64,000 bases of DNA from Treponemataceae bacterium (GTDB lineage Bacteria; Spirochaetota; Spirochaetia; Treponematales; Rectinemataceae). Position numbers and translations under genes: made by a program. Below are positions 1 to 9,563 of this stretch, piece by piece (within the stretch, counting starts at the first letter, position 1; the number at the start of each line of letters is the position of its first letter). A model generated the notes under the pieces. The model was not told where the DNA came from and did no database searches. It saw nothing but the letters and a program-made list of their open reading frames with translations. The stretch covers positions 192,001 through 256,000 of the forward strand of contig CAXXVZ010000004.1 in NCBI GenBank assembly GCA_963678065.2, read 5' to 3'.

Positions 1-559
1 TCTCGCGCCGGGTGACTTCCTTGATGAGGCGGATGACTTCCTTTGTCTCGTCGGAGTTGAGGCCGGCCATGATCTCGTCGAGGAAGAGGACGCGCGGTCC
101 GTTTGCGAGTGCGTGCGCTATTTCCATCTTCTTCGTTTCGAGCATCGTGAGCTGGGATATCTCGCGCTCCAGGCGGGTGAGTCCCATGGACTCGCAGAGC
201 TCGCCTGCGTGCTGCCGGGCTCTGCGCAGACTCTCGCGCCTCGCGAATATGAAGCCGACCATGACGTTCTCGATCACGTTGAGGTTCTCGAGGGGATGGA
301 TGAGCTGGTAGGTCCTCGCGATGCCCATCCTGGCGCGTTCGTGCGCCGGCAGCTCGGTTATGTCCCTGCCGTTGAAGGTGATAGTGCCGGATGTCGGCAT
401 GTATATTCCCGAGATCAAGTTGATGAATGTCGTCTTTCCCGCGCCGTTGGGGCCGATGATGCCGAGAATCTCGCCGGCATCGATCGAGAAGCTCACGTCA
501 TTCACGGCGACGAGGCCGCCGAAGCGCTTTGTCAGTCCGTTTGTTTCAAGACTGGGCAT
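1..559 (-). CDS. livG: Branched-chain amino acid-type ABC transporter ATP-binding subunit (LivG-like), 3' end outside window
   Basis: Not in the ORF track; manual minus-strand translation MPSLETNGLTKRFGGLVAVNDVSFSIDAGEILGIIGPNGAGKTT (Walker A); later FLDEIMAG (Walker B). Overlaps the livM stop. Confidence 0.9.
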   Translation of the reverse strand, partial: MPSLETNGLTKRFGGLVAVNDVSFSIDAGEILGIIGPNGAGKTTFINLISGIYMPTSGTITFNGRDITELPAHERARMGIARTYQLIHPLENLNVIENVMVGFIFARRESLRRARQHAGELCESMGLTRLEREISQLTMLETKKMEIAHALANGPRVLFLDEIMAGLNSDETKEVIRLIKEVTRRE

Positions 560-1478
560 TTCTCTTTCTCCTCGCGTTCCGGACAATGCCGTAGATGCCG
601 TTGGGCATGAACAGGATGACCAGGATGATGATGAAACCGTAAACCATGAGGTATCCGTAGGGGATCTTCAGTTTGAGGAATTCCGAGGCCAGGCCGAGAA
701 GGACAGCGCCGATGATGGGTCCCCAGGTGGAGTGGATGCCGCCGAGCAGGGCCATCGCGAGTGGCAGGAGGGTGTAGTTCCCGTCGAAGGAAGAATCCGG
801 CATCGCAAAGCCGTAGGACATGACCTGGACGCCGCCTATGAGTCCCTGGAGGAAGGAGGTGACGACGAAGACAACGATGAGGTTGGCGAAGATATTCACG
901 CCGCTCGAACGCGCGCTCGTCTCGTTGTTGCGGATCGCGGTGAGGGCGAAGTGCAGCCTCGATCTTTCGAATATCACCGAAGCCCCGACCGTCACGATGA
1001 CCATGCCGAAGGAGAGCCAGTACAGAAGGGCCGAGTTGCCCTTGAACATCACGTTCTCGAGCACGAGGCCCTCCGGGCCGCCTGTGAACGAGGACCAGTT
1101 GTGGATGATGACCTTAAAAATCTCCGCGAGGGCGAGAGTCGTGATCGAGAAGTAGATTGCCCTGAGCCTCAAGATCAGGAATCCGAGGATGAGCGCGACG
1201 AGGGCGGCGAAGACCGCCGAGAGCAGGATGGCCGCGGCAGGAGGAAAGCCTGCTTTGACGGCGGCCATGGCGGCCGCGTAGCTGCCGAGGCCATAGAATC
1301 CCGCGATGCCGAAGGATATCTGGCCGGAGCGAAGAAGCATGTCCCAGGTGATCGCAAGGGCCATGTAGGTGAAGATGCTTCGCGCGACCGCCTGCGGATA
1401 GGCGCCGAGGCCCAGGGGCAGGAGGGCGCCGGCCGCCGCGACGACGAGGGGCAGGATCCATTTCGTCGATTTGTTCAT
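546..1478 (-). CDS. livM: Liv-type ABC permease (LivM-like)
   Basis: C-terminal part of ORF 546..2423; start MNKSTKW at 1478 overlaps the livH stop; motifs SGQISFG, LRLRAIYFSITTLA, TGGPEG, AIRNNE, LLGG. Confidence 0.9.
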   Translation of the reverse strand: MNKSTKWILPLVVAAAGALLPLGLGAYPQAVARSIFTYMALAITWDMLLRSGQISFGIAGFYGLGSYAAAMAAVKAGFPPAAAILLSAVFAALVALILGFLILRLRAIYFSITTLALAEIFKVIIHNWSSFTGGPEGLVLENVMFKGNSALLYWLSFGMVIVTVGASVIFERSRLHFALTAIRNNETSARSSGVNIFANLIVVFVVTSFLQGLIGGVQVMSYGFAMPDSSFDGNYTLLPLAMALLGGIHSTWGPIIGAVLLGLASEFLKLKIPYGYLMVYGFIIILVILFMPNGIYGIVRNARRKRNAQS

Positions 1479-2398
1479 ATTTTCCTCTCCTTGTGCGACC
1501 TGACCATGATCACGACGATGATGATCGCGAAGAAGACGATGTTGGACCAACCCGACATGCCCCTGAAGGAGCTGATGAAGGCTTCGGAGAGTCCGAGAGC
1601 GAGGCTTCCGTAGAGGATGCCGGGGATGTTGCCGACCCCGGCCATCGCCACGAGGCAGAATGATTTCATCGTGAAGGGCGAACCCACGTTGGGAAATATC
1701 GAAAAGCGCGTCAGGAACACCGATCCCATGATTCCGACGAGGACGACGGAGATGGTGAATACCCCGACGAATATTTTCTGTACGTCGATGCCGACAATGG
1801 CCGCGCCGCGAGGATTCTGGCCGACGGCCAGGGCCGCCTTGCCGAGCCTCGTGTGAGTGAGGAAGTATTTGAGTGAGTAGGCCATGACGATCGCGATTCC
1901 CACGAACACGAAATTGAAAATGCCGAAACTCGTTTCGCCGATTGTCATCGACGCGGAGACATAGTCGAGCGGAATTTTCCTGGTCTGGGAGGTGAACAGG
2001 ATTGTGATGGCTTGGCTCAGCGTTATGGCGATGCCGAAGGTGAGGATGAGCTGGTTGAGCTCGGGCGCCTTCAGCGAATGCTTTATGGTGAGCTTGAATA
2101 TGCCGAAGCCCAGTATGGCCATGACGACCGTGACGGGGACGAGGGCGAGAAGCGGATCGATTCCAAGGGAACGGCTCACGAAATAGGTGACATAGGCGGA
2201 GACCATGAGGAGTTCTCCGTGAGCCAGGTTGACGATGTGGACTATTCCGAGTACGAGCCCCATGGGGATCGCGATGGCGGCGTAGAGTCCGGCCTGCTGG
2301 ACGCCGTATATCAGGACGGTCGGTTTCCAGGCGATCATGATAGCGGCGGCGACAAGTCCGGTCAGTCCGTAGATGATGGTCTTTTTGTTCAGTGTCAT
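1475..2398 (-). CDS. livH: Liv-type ABC permease (LivH-like)
   Basis: Hydrophobic 307 aa protein; IVNLAHGE, TRLGKA, AGVGNIPG motifs. Confidence 0.9.
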   Translation of the reverse strand: MTLNKKTIIYGLTGLVAAAIMIAWKPTVLIYGVQQAGLYAAIAIPMGLVLGIVHIVNLAHGELLMVSAYVTYFVSRSLGIDPLLALVPVTVVMAILGFGIFKLTIKHSLKAPELNQLILTFGIAITLSQAITILFTSQTRKIPLDYVSASMTIGETSFGIFNFVFVGIAIVMAYSLKYFLTHTRLGKAALAVGQNPRGAAIVGIDVQKIFVGVFTISVVLVGIMGSVFLTRFSIFPNVGSPFTMKSFCLVAMAGVGNIPGILYGSLALGLSEAFISSFRGMSGWSNIVFFAIIIVVIMVRSHKERKI

Positions 2399-2468
2399 TG
2401 CTCACCCCGGGTTCATTGTACAAAAAGGCGGCCAGGAAACAACAACTGTCGCCCGGCCGTCATTGAAG

Positions 2469-2496
2469 GGGGCGCGCCTTCTTGAAGGCACGCCCC
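2469..2496. terminator. GC-rich hairpin between the substrate-binding and permease genes (mRNA stabiliser or attenuator)
   Basis: ggggcg-c-gccttc-tt-gaaggc-a-cgcccc inverted repeat. Confidence 0.4.
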
Positions 2497-2513
2497 GGCA
2501 GGAGACAGTAGCC

Positions 2514-3710
2514 TTATTTCCAGGCCGGGAAAGGATACACGGGATCGGCGGTCTTGACGTCGAAGGGCCAGATCACTTCCTGGCGGCCGTTCTGCCACTG
2601 GAGGATCTTCTGGTTCCGCACGCCCTGATGCTTGATCACGTTGGAGGGCGTGAAGGTGATGGTCTCGCCGAGAGGAGAAGCGTACTTCGTCTGCTCGAGC
2701 GCCTTGATGACGGCGGCATTGTCGGTGGAACCGGCTCGCTTGATCGCATCGACGAGGATGTAGACCGCGGAGTACGAGAGCGGGGCGAAGTAGGTAGCCG
2801 GCTCGTATTTGTACTTGGCCACGAATGAGTTGTAGAATTTGTCGCTCACCGGGCTGATGTCGTTGATCGAGGGCGCCCACATGCCGTAGAGACTCACGTT
2901 GTTGGCGAGGGAGGATTTCCCGAAATCCTTGGGCCATCCCGGAGGAGCTCCGACGTAGAGGGGCGGGGAGAACTTCATCGCCTTGGCGCTCTCGAGCATC
3001 GGAAGCGCGTCTGCGTCGTAACCTGCCCAGAGGAAGAGGTCGGGCTTGTAGGCCTTGGCCGCTTCCAGCATGGAGGTGTAGTCGCCGCCACCGAGTGCCG
3101 CGCTCTTGAAGGAGGCGCCGTCGAACTGGTAGTCCTTGCCGAACAATACCTTGGACTGATCGAAGGAGGCCTTGCCGAAAGCGCCTTCCTCATAGGCGAG
3201 GAACATCCTCGTGATCTTCATCTTGGGATACTTGGCCTGAAGCTCGGCCCAGCCGGTCTGATAGCTCGCGGCCTGATTGTAGTCCCAAGGATGCAGGTGG
3301 AAGTACCAGTCGGCATCAGCGCCAAGGGCCTTCTCGACGAGGCTGCTCGCCGCGCCGGTGGAGACGACGATCTTCCCGTACTTCTTCATTGTCGGTATCT
3401 GGCCGAGCGCGACGCCGGAAGCCATTCCGCCAATGAGGAAGTCGACTTTGTCGACCGTGACGAGCTTCTCGAGGGCCGCGACGCCCTTGTCGGCTTTCAG
3501 CTCGTCGTCGACGATAATGAGCTGGAGCTGTTTGCCGAGGACTCCGCCTGCCTTGTTGATCTCCTCGACGGCCATCAGGGCCGCCTTGGAACCATGGTCT
3601 CCCGTGACATCGGCGAGCGGCCAGGTTGCGCCGATCTTGATGACGCCCTGTCCGAAGGCCGCCGACGCGAGGAGCGCGAAGAGCGCAGCGACAGCGATTG
3701 TCTTTTTCAT
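2514..3710 (-). CDS. ABC substrate-binding protein, LivK/LivJ family
   Basis: Start MKKTIAVAALFALLASAAFG (signal peptide) after GGAGG; IKIG..PL, EEINKAGGVLGKQLQLIIVDD typical of the family. Confidence 0.9.
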   Translation of the reverse strand: MKKTIAVAALFALLASAAFGQGVIKIGATWPLADVTGDHGSKAALMAVEEINKAGGVLGKQLQLIIVDDELKADKGVAALEKLVTVDKVDFLIGGMASGVALGQIPTMKKYGKIVVSTGAASSLVEKALGADADWYFHLHPWDYNQAASYQTGWAELQAKYPKMKITRMFLAYEEGAFGKASFDQSKVLFGKDYQFDGASFKSAALGGGDYTSMLEAAKAYKPDLFLWAGYDADALPMLESAKAMKFSPPLYVGAPPGWPKDFGKSSLANNVSLYGMWAPSINDISPVSDKFYNSFVAKYKYEPATYFAPLSYSAVYILVDAIKRAGSTDNAAVIKALEQTKYASPLGETITFTPSNVIKHQGVRNQKILQWQNGRQEVIWPFDVKTADPVYPFPAWK

Positions 3711-3833
3711 CCGTGCCTCCTTGAACTGTCGAAAACCGTTTCCCGGTCTGCGGCCGACGGCCGGTTCCGGAAACGGCAAAAGTACCCACTGGTTGGCGGC
3801 CCCGCATATCGGGCCCGCATTCGCCATCCCGGT

Positions 3834-4571
3834 TTACAGAACCAGGCCTCCGTCCACTCGCAGGACCTGTCCGGTGATGAAGACCGCCTCGTCGCTGGAA
3901 AGGAAGAGGACGGCGTTCGCGATATCGATGGGCTCGGCGAGCCTGCCGAGGGGGGTCTTGGCGATGAAGGGCTCGAGGACTTTTTCCGGCACGCTCGCGA
4001 TCATAGGCGTGCGGCAGTAGCCAGGCGAAACCGAGTTGACGCGGACCTTGGCACCTTTACGGGCGAATTCCTTGGCCCAACCCTTGGTCATGGAGACCAC
4101 GCCGCCCTTGGTGGCCGCGTAGTTGGACTGGCCGATGTTGCCGTCCAGGCCCACGACGCTCGAAATGGAGACGACCGAGCCCGAGCCGCACTGCATCATG
4201 ACGGGGGCGACGGCGCGGGTCATCTTGAAAACGCCCGTCAGGTTGACGGCGATGACGGCGTCCCAGTCCTCGTCGGACATTTTCTGGATCAGCGCGTCGC
4301 GCGTGATGCCGGCGTTGTTGACGAGAGCGTCGATGCGCCCGAATTCGGCGACGACTTTCGTCACGAAATCGTTGATGCCTGCGGTATCCGTGACGTTGAG
4401 CACGACGCCCCGGACGTTGGACCTGCCCGCTTCCAGCTCGGCGAAGGCCGAATCGTTCACGTCGATGGCGAAGACCATGGCCGCGCCCTCGGCTGCGAAG
4501 CGGTCGACGATCGTCCTGCCTATTCCGCGGGCCCCGCCCGTCACCACACAAACCTTGTCTTTCATCCTCAC
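3834..4571 (-). CDS. fabG: 3-oxoacyl-ACP / acetoacetyl-CoA reductase (SDR, FabG/PhaB-like)
   Basis: TGGARGIG, NNAGIT, YAATK, GQVLRVDGG; GTG start after GGAGG (ATG at 4565 is an alternative). Confidence 0.85.
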   Translation of the reverse strand: MRMKDKVCVVTGGARGIGRTIVDRFAAEGAAMVFAIDVNDSAFAELEAGRSNVRGVVLNVTDTAGINDFVTKVVAEFGRIDALVNNAGITRDALIQKMSDEDWDAVIAVNLTGVFKMTRAVAPVMMQCGSGSVVSISSVVGLDGNIGQSNYAATKGGVVSMTKGWAKEFARKGAKVRVNSVSPGYCRTPMIASVPEKVLEPFIAKTPLGRLAEPIDIANAVLFLSSDEAVFITGQVLRVDGGLVL

Positions 4572-4617
4572 GATGGATTCCTCCCCTTCCTGACGTTCTG
4601 TATGTTTTTCCGCCGGA

Positions 4618-5631
4618 TTATCCGGCATAGGGTCCCCAGAGAACCACAGAGCTCGCCCATACGAATCCGAGCCCCGCGCCGACGAGCACGATGCGCGCGC
4701 CATCGCGGATTTTCCCCGCGTCGAGCCCCAGCTTTATGGAAAGCAGCTGGTCGTTCTGGCCGATATGGCCGTAGTCGTCGAGGTAGGTGGACTGTTCCTG
4801 CGAGAGCCCGAGCTCGGCCAGGACGGCTTCGTGGGCGCTTCTCTTGAAATGGAGGATGGCGAGGTAGTCGATATCCCGCTCCCCATAACCCGATTTCTTC
4901 ATGGACTCGCGGATGACGGTGTAGAAGTTGGGCATCGTCACCTCGCCGAGCTTCTTTTTGAAGGCTTCGTCGTCGGGTACGACGAAATACGGATGCTCCG
5001 CATCGGCGGCCGATGGCGGCCAGGCCCTCGACCCGAGGACGGGAACCACGCACATCTCCGAGAGCGAACCGTCGCCCCGGAACGCCGAGGCGAGGACGGC
5101 GTTCTTTCCGAGGTTCTTGCGCAGCACACAGGCCGATCCGCCCGAGCCGATGTCCATCATGAAGCGCGTGGAGGGATTCGCGAGGTCGATGAGATCGTTG
5201 TTCCGGTAGCCCGAGACGAGGAGGACGGTAAAGAGGTCGTCGCGGGCGAGCATGAGGGACTTGGCGACGTCCAGGGCCGCCATCATGGAGCCGCACATAG
5301 CCTCCATATCGAAGCTCCATGCGCGATCTGCGCCGAGACGATGGGCGACATTGAGGCCCGCGAGCCAGCAGGGATAGTCCTTGTGCTGGGCTCCGCACCA
5401 GATCAGAAGGTCAATTTCGGAAGCCTCGATCCCGGCGTCAGAGAGCGCGGCAGTCGCAGCGCGGTATCCCATCTCGGCGGTACTGTCTTCGGGGCCCGCG
5501 ATGGGTTTGGACTTGATACCGAATTTCTTCGCGATGACCTCTTCGGGAACGGAGGTGGCGGCGGAAAGCTCCGCGGCGCTCATCCTTCGTGGGGGCAGCC
5601 ATACGCCGATGCCCGCTATGCCAACATGCAT
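4618..5631 (-). CDS. 3-oxoacyl-ACP synthase III (FabH)-like protein 1, Cys-His-His type
   Basis: MHVGIAGIG start; AMCGS (catalytic Cys), ILHFK, YGHIG, GAGLGFVW. Confidence 0.85.
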   Translation of the reverse strand: MHVGIAGIGVWLPPRRMSAAELSAATSVPEEVIAKKFGIKSKPIAGPEDSTAEMGYRAATAALSDAGIEASEIDLLIWCGAQHKDYPCWLAGLNVAHRLGADRAWSFDMEAMCGSMMAALDVAKSLMLARDDLFTVLLVSGYRNNDLIDLANPSTRFMMDIGSGGSACVLRKNLGKNAVLASAFRGDGSLSEMCVVPVLGSRAWPPSAADAEHPYFVVPDDEAFKKKLGEVTMPNFYTVIRESMKKSGYGERDIDYLAILHFKRSAHEAVLAELGLSQEQSTYLDDYGHIGQNDQLLSIKLGLDAGKIRDGARIVLVGAGLGFVWASSVVLWGPYAG

Positions 5632-5788
5632 GTCAATCTCCGTAACAAGTGAATCGTCTCTCATTCGAGAATCAATCCATTTTCCGAATTCGTCAAGCAA
5701 AAAACAACACAGCCACGTCATTTTCTTACATTTTCGATAATTTTTTATCCAATACAGCGATAATAATCCGTTTTAGTGCGTTTTTTCG

Positions 5789-5817
5789 TTGCAAGTCCAC
5801 CAAAACGGGTCTATAAT
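5789..5817 (+). promoter_or_regulatory. sigma70-type promoter of the tetR-fabH2-CoA transferase unit
   Basis: TTGCAA-17 nt-TATAAT, 44 nt upstream of the tetR ATG. Confidence 0.7.
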
Positions 5818-5861
5818 CGTCGGTAATACTGAATCACTTCTCACGCCAGCGGGGGTGAAGG

Positions 5862-7007
5862 ATGACAGAACAAAAAGAGGCGCAGAGAAAAGCCGAAACG
5901 GAGGAGAGACTCCTCCGGGCGGCGACTGCGCTTTTTGCCGATAAATGGTATGGAACGGTATCTGTCGCCGAAGTCTGCCGCACTGCGGGACTCTCCAACG
6001 GAGTCTTCTACAAGTACTTCACGAACAAGGAAGAGTTGTTCAAGAAAATCCTCGGCCGCATACTCGACCTGATCGCGGATTCGGTGGCGCGCGTGACAGG
6101 CTCCACGCCCGCCGAGAGACTCCGCAGTCTGACGGGCATCCTCGTGCGCTTCTCCGCGGACAATTCCGGGCTGGTGTCGGTGTTCCGCGAGGGCCAGTAC
6201 CGCTTCTTCGAATACGAACAGCGCCTGGTGAGGATCTATATGGACGCCCTCGCCGCGGCTCTCGGCAGAGCCGTGGAACTTCCGGAATACGTGTTCGCGC
6301 TCGGCGGCATCAGGTTCTCCGCCATCCGTCACGCCTTCCACCAGGTTCCCATCGACCTCGACAGCCTGTACAGTATCGTGGCGCGCGGACTCTTCCCTGA
6401 TCTTTCCGCCGACACCGAGAGAGTGTTCATGGGAAGCATCACTCCCCTCCCCTTCGACATAGAGCCCGACGCGCGGGAGCGCCTCCTCTCGGAGGGAAAA
6501 GTCCTCTTCGGGAAAAAGGGATTCTTCGAGACGAATATCCACGAGGTCACAGACGCTGCGGGTCTCTCCGTCGGCGCCTTCTACACCTATTTCGAGAGCA
6601 AGGAAAGTTTCTACGCCGAACTCATCGACCGCGTCGGGAAGGAAGTGCGGCACTTCATCTCCCTCAACATGGGGAAAGGCCTCAACAGGCTCGAGCGGGA
6701 GATGCGGGGAATCTGGCTCTTCACCGTGCTCCTCTCCATAGACAAGAACTGCTACAACATCGTGCGCGAAGCCGAGTTCGTCCTGCCACAGAAGGCCCGC
6801 GAATACTACCAGGCTTTCGTGGCCGGATACCTGCGGAATCCCGAGGGCAACGGCCAGGCCGACGAGAGGACGGCGATCGAATTCCTTCTCGGCGTGGCGC
6901 ACTATTTCGGCCTCGAAGTGGCCTTCGACGATTCGCCCGCCAACGCGCGCTCCGTCGTCGAGACTATAGGAACCTACCTCGTACGGGGTTTTTCGGACTT
7001 CGTATAA
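5862..7007 (+). CDS. TetR/AcrR family regulator with two tandem TetR modules
   Basis: Two HTHs: LFADKWYGTVSVAEVCRTAGLSNGVFYKYF and LFGKKGFFETNIHEVTDAAGLSVGAFYTYF. Confidence 0.9.
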   Translation: MTEQKEAQRKAETEERLLRAATALFADKWYGTVSVAEVCRTAGLSNGVFYKYFTNKEELFKKILGRILDLIADSVARVTGSTPAERLRSLTGILVRFSADNSGLVSVFREGQYRFFEYEQRLVRIYMDALAAALGRAVELPEYVFALGGIRFSAIRHAFHQVPIDLDSLYSIVARGLFPDLSADTERVFMGSITPLPFDIEPDARERLLSEGKVLFGKKGFFETNIHEVTDAAGLSVGAFYTYFESKESFYAELIDRVGKEVRHFISLNMGKGLNRLEREMRGIWLFTVLLSIDKNCYNIVREAEFVLPQKAREYYQAFVAGYLRNPEGNGQADERTAIEFLLGVAHYFGLEVAFDDSPANARSVVETIGTYLVRGFSDFV

Positions 7008-7038
7008 CTTCGACTTCAGACATTTCCGGAGGAATGAT

Positions 7039-8064
7039 ATGGCCAAGGCGAGGATTATCGGCACCGGGGTTTACGCGCCCGGCGAAGCGATCGACAACGA
7101 AAGACTGAAGGCCCTGACGGGCGTCGAGTTCGACTCGGGCAAGCTCGAAGCGAAGATCGGCATCCGCGCGCGGCATATCGCGAGGTTATGCGACGCAGAA
7201 TCCCCCGTCTCGCGCGAAACGACGGCGGACTTCTGCGAACATGCGGCGCGCGCGGCCCTCTCGGCGGCCGGCGTGGATCCGGAGGATGTCGGCATCTTCG
7301 TCGTCGCGACGGACACACCCGAGTACATCTCCCCCGCGACCGCCATCATTCTCCAGGGCAGGCTCCAGGGCGGCGAGCGCGAGACCGAATCCTTCGACGT
7401 GGGAGCCTCCTGCGCGAGCTTCGTCACCGCCCTCGACCTCGTCGCGCGCAGGATCGCGACCGACCCTTCAATGCGCTACGCGGTAGTCGTCGGCGTCTAC
7501 AACATGCCCGCCTTCGTCCGTCCCGGAGACGCCTTCGGCTGGTCGATCTTCGCCGACGGAGCGGGCGCCGTCGTTCTCGCGCGCACGGAGGATGGCGACT
7601 CTTCCGGCTACGTGGAGGGGGTGTTCAGGTCGGACGGGACACAGTGGGATTACGTCGGCGTCTACGCAGGGGGCACGCGCAAACCGGTCACGAAAGAGCT
7701 TCTCGACGCGGGGACCTGGGGGCTCGAACTCCTGCAACGCCTTCCGGGAGACCGGAATGTCAAGCTCTGGCCGCCCCTCGTACGGAGGCTTCTGGAGAAA
7801 GCGGCGTACACGCAGGAGGGCGTGGCCCACTACATCTTCACGCAGATCAACCGATCCGTCATCGCCGAGGTCATGGGAATCCTCGGAGAGGACATGTCGA
7901 AGACGACGACGGTCATGGACCGCTACGGCTACACGGGATCGGGATGCGTGCCCATGGCCCTGCATCACGCGATCGCCGAGGGGAGGGTCCGGAAAGGCGA
8001 TGCCGTAGTCCTCGTCGCCTCCGGGGCGGGACTCGCGGTCGGAGCGAACCTCATCGTCCTGTGA
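7039..8064 (+). CDS. FabH-like protein 2 (Cys retained; His and Asn positions replaced)
   Basis: ARIIGTGVYAP, ASCASF, FADGAGA, IFTQIN, YGYTGS, SGAG. Confidence 0.85.
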   Translation: MAKARIIGTGVYAPGEAIDNERLKALTGVEFDSGKLEAKIGIRARHIARLCDAESPVSRETTADFCEHAARAALSAAGVDPEDVGIFVVATDTPEYISPATAIILQGRLQGGERETESFDVGASCASFVTALDLVARRIATDPSMRYAVVVGVYNMPAFVRPGDAFGWSIFADGAGAVVLARTEDGDSSGYVEGVFRSDGTQWDYVGVYAGGTRKPVTKELLDAGTWGLELLQRLPGDRNVKLWPPLVRRLLEKAAYTQEGVAHYIFTQINRSVIAEVMGILGEDMSKTTTVMDRYGYTGSGCVPMALHHAIAEGRVRKGDAVVLVASGAGLAVGANLIVL

Positions 8065-8106
8065 ACGGCGCGGCACAAGAAAAACAAGAAAAAAAGGAGG
8101 CCATCC

Positions 8107-9414
8107 ATGAATTGGGCGGACACATACAAGTCAAGACTCGTGGACATCGATACGGCTGTTTCGAAGATCGGCACGGACAACGACGTCATCGTCGCCATGT
8201 GCGCCTCGGAACCTCAGGGCTGTATGAGTCGTTTCCATACTATTGCGGATCGGGTCGAGGAGGTGCGCGTTTTTTCCTGCCTCACCCTCAAGCCCTACGA
8301 TTTCTACATGAAGCCTGAAATGAAGGGGCACTTCGAACTCGCGAGCTGGTTCCACGCGCCCGGCTCGAGGGCGGCGCTCAAGGCCGGAAACGGTACGGTG
8401 ACCTTCGTTCCGAACATGCTGCACCGCTCGGCCTCGGACAGGATACACGCGCGCAGGCCCGACATCTTCTTCGGCACCTGCACGCCGCCGGACAAACACG
8501 GCTTCGTCTCCCTCTCCCTCGGCATCACCTACGAGAAGGACATCATCGAGGCGGCGAGAATCGTCGTGCTCGAGGTGAATCCGAGACTCCCGCGCACCCT
8601 CGGCGACACACAGATCCACGTCAGTGCGGTCGATTTCTTCGTCGAGAACGACCAGGAAGTGCCCTCCCTCCCCGCCCCGGAGCCGAACGGGACGGACATG
8701 ACTATCGGCGGCCACATCGCGGAACTCGTGGATGACGGATCCACCATCCAGCTCGGCATAGGCGGCATCCCCAACGCGGCCGCCCTGGCCCTGCGGGACA
8801 AAAAAGATCTCGGCGTCCACACGGAGATGTTCGTCGACTCGATGATGGAGCTCTACGAGATGGGCGTCATCACCAATGCGCGCAAGAGCCTGAAGCCGGG
8901 GAAATTCGTGACGACCTTCGCCATGGGCTCGCGCGCCCTCTACGACTGGCTCGACGACAATGTCGTCGTGGAATTCCAGCGCGGACGCTGGGTGAACGAC
9001 CCGCACACCGTCGCCCAGAACTCGAAGATGGTCTCGGTGAACACCTGCATCATGGTGGATCTCACGGGCCAGGTCGCGAGCGAGAGCATCGGGGCCGCGC
9101 AGTATTCGGGCACGGGGGGGCAGTCGGACACCGCCCAGGGCGCGGTCGCCGGAACGGACGGGCTCGGCAAGAGCATCATCGCCTGCTACTCCACGGCCAA
9201 GAACGGAACGGTGTCGACGATCGTACCGACCCTGCCCGAGGGAAGCGCCGTGACTCTGCACCGGAGCTTCGTCGACCACGTCGTGACGGAGAACGGCATC
9301 GCCCGCCTGCGCGGCAAAACCGTCAGGGAAAGGGTGCGCGAGCTCATCGGCATCGCGAAGCCAGAGTTCCGCGCCGATCTGGAAGCGGGAGCGCGGAAAC
9401 TCGGCTACCTCTGA
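8107..9414 (+). CDS. Acetyl-CoA hydrolase / 4-hydroxybutyrate CoA-transferase family
   Basis: IQLGIGGIPNA, LGVHTEM (catalytic Glu), SGTGGQ, VTENGIA motifs. Confidence 0.9.
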   Translation: MNWADTYKSRLVDIDTAVSKIGTDNDVIVAMCASEPQGCMSRFHTIADRVEEVRVFSCLTLKPYDFYMKPEMKGHFELASWFHAPGSRAALKAGNGTVTFVPNMLHRSASDRIHARRPDIFFGTCTPPDKHGFVSLSLGITYEKDIIEAARIVVLEVNPRLPRTLGDTQIHVSAVDFFVENDQEVPSLPAPEPNGTDMTIGGHIAELVDDGSTIQLGIGGIPNAAALALRDKKDLGVHTEMFVDSMMELYEMGVITNARKSLKPGKFVTTFAMGSRALYDWLDDNVVVEFQRGRWVNDPHTVAQNSKMVSVNTCIMVDLTGQVASESIGAAQYSGTGGQSDTAQGAVAGTDGLGKSIIACYSTAKNGTVSTIVPTLPEGSAVTLHRSFVDHVVTENGIARLRGKTVRERVRELIGIAKPEFRADLEAGARKLGYL

Positions 9415-9449
9415 AATTCAAAAACATCATATAAAGAGTGGGGAGAAAT

Positions 9450-9482
9450 CGTGTCGCAGGCGGCAGCATCGCCTGCGACACG
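9450..9482. terminator. 13-bp stem hairpin between convergent genes
   Basis: cgtgtcgcaggcg-7 nt-cgcctgcgacacg perfect stem; no U-tract. Confidence 0.5.
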
Positions 9483-9563
9483 GCATCCCCGGCAGGCCCA
9501 CCCGGAGGCGATGCTGCCGCCAGAGGGTTCACAGCTTGCGCCGCGGTCTGAATTCCTTTCGTT

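Noticed and set aside
546..2423. Apparent long N-terminal extensions (546..2423, 16448..18466, 38230..40200, 29037..30575, 62022..63497)
   Set aside because: The extensions overlap neighbouring genes in another frame; real starts lie downstream at an RBS or stop/start overlap.
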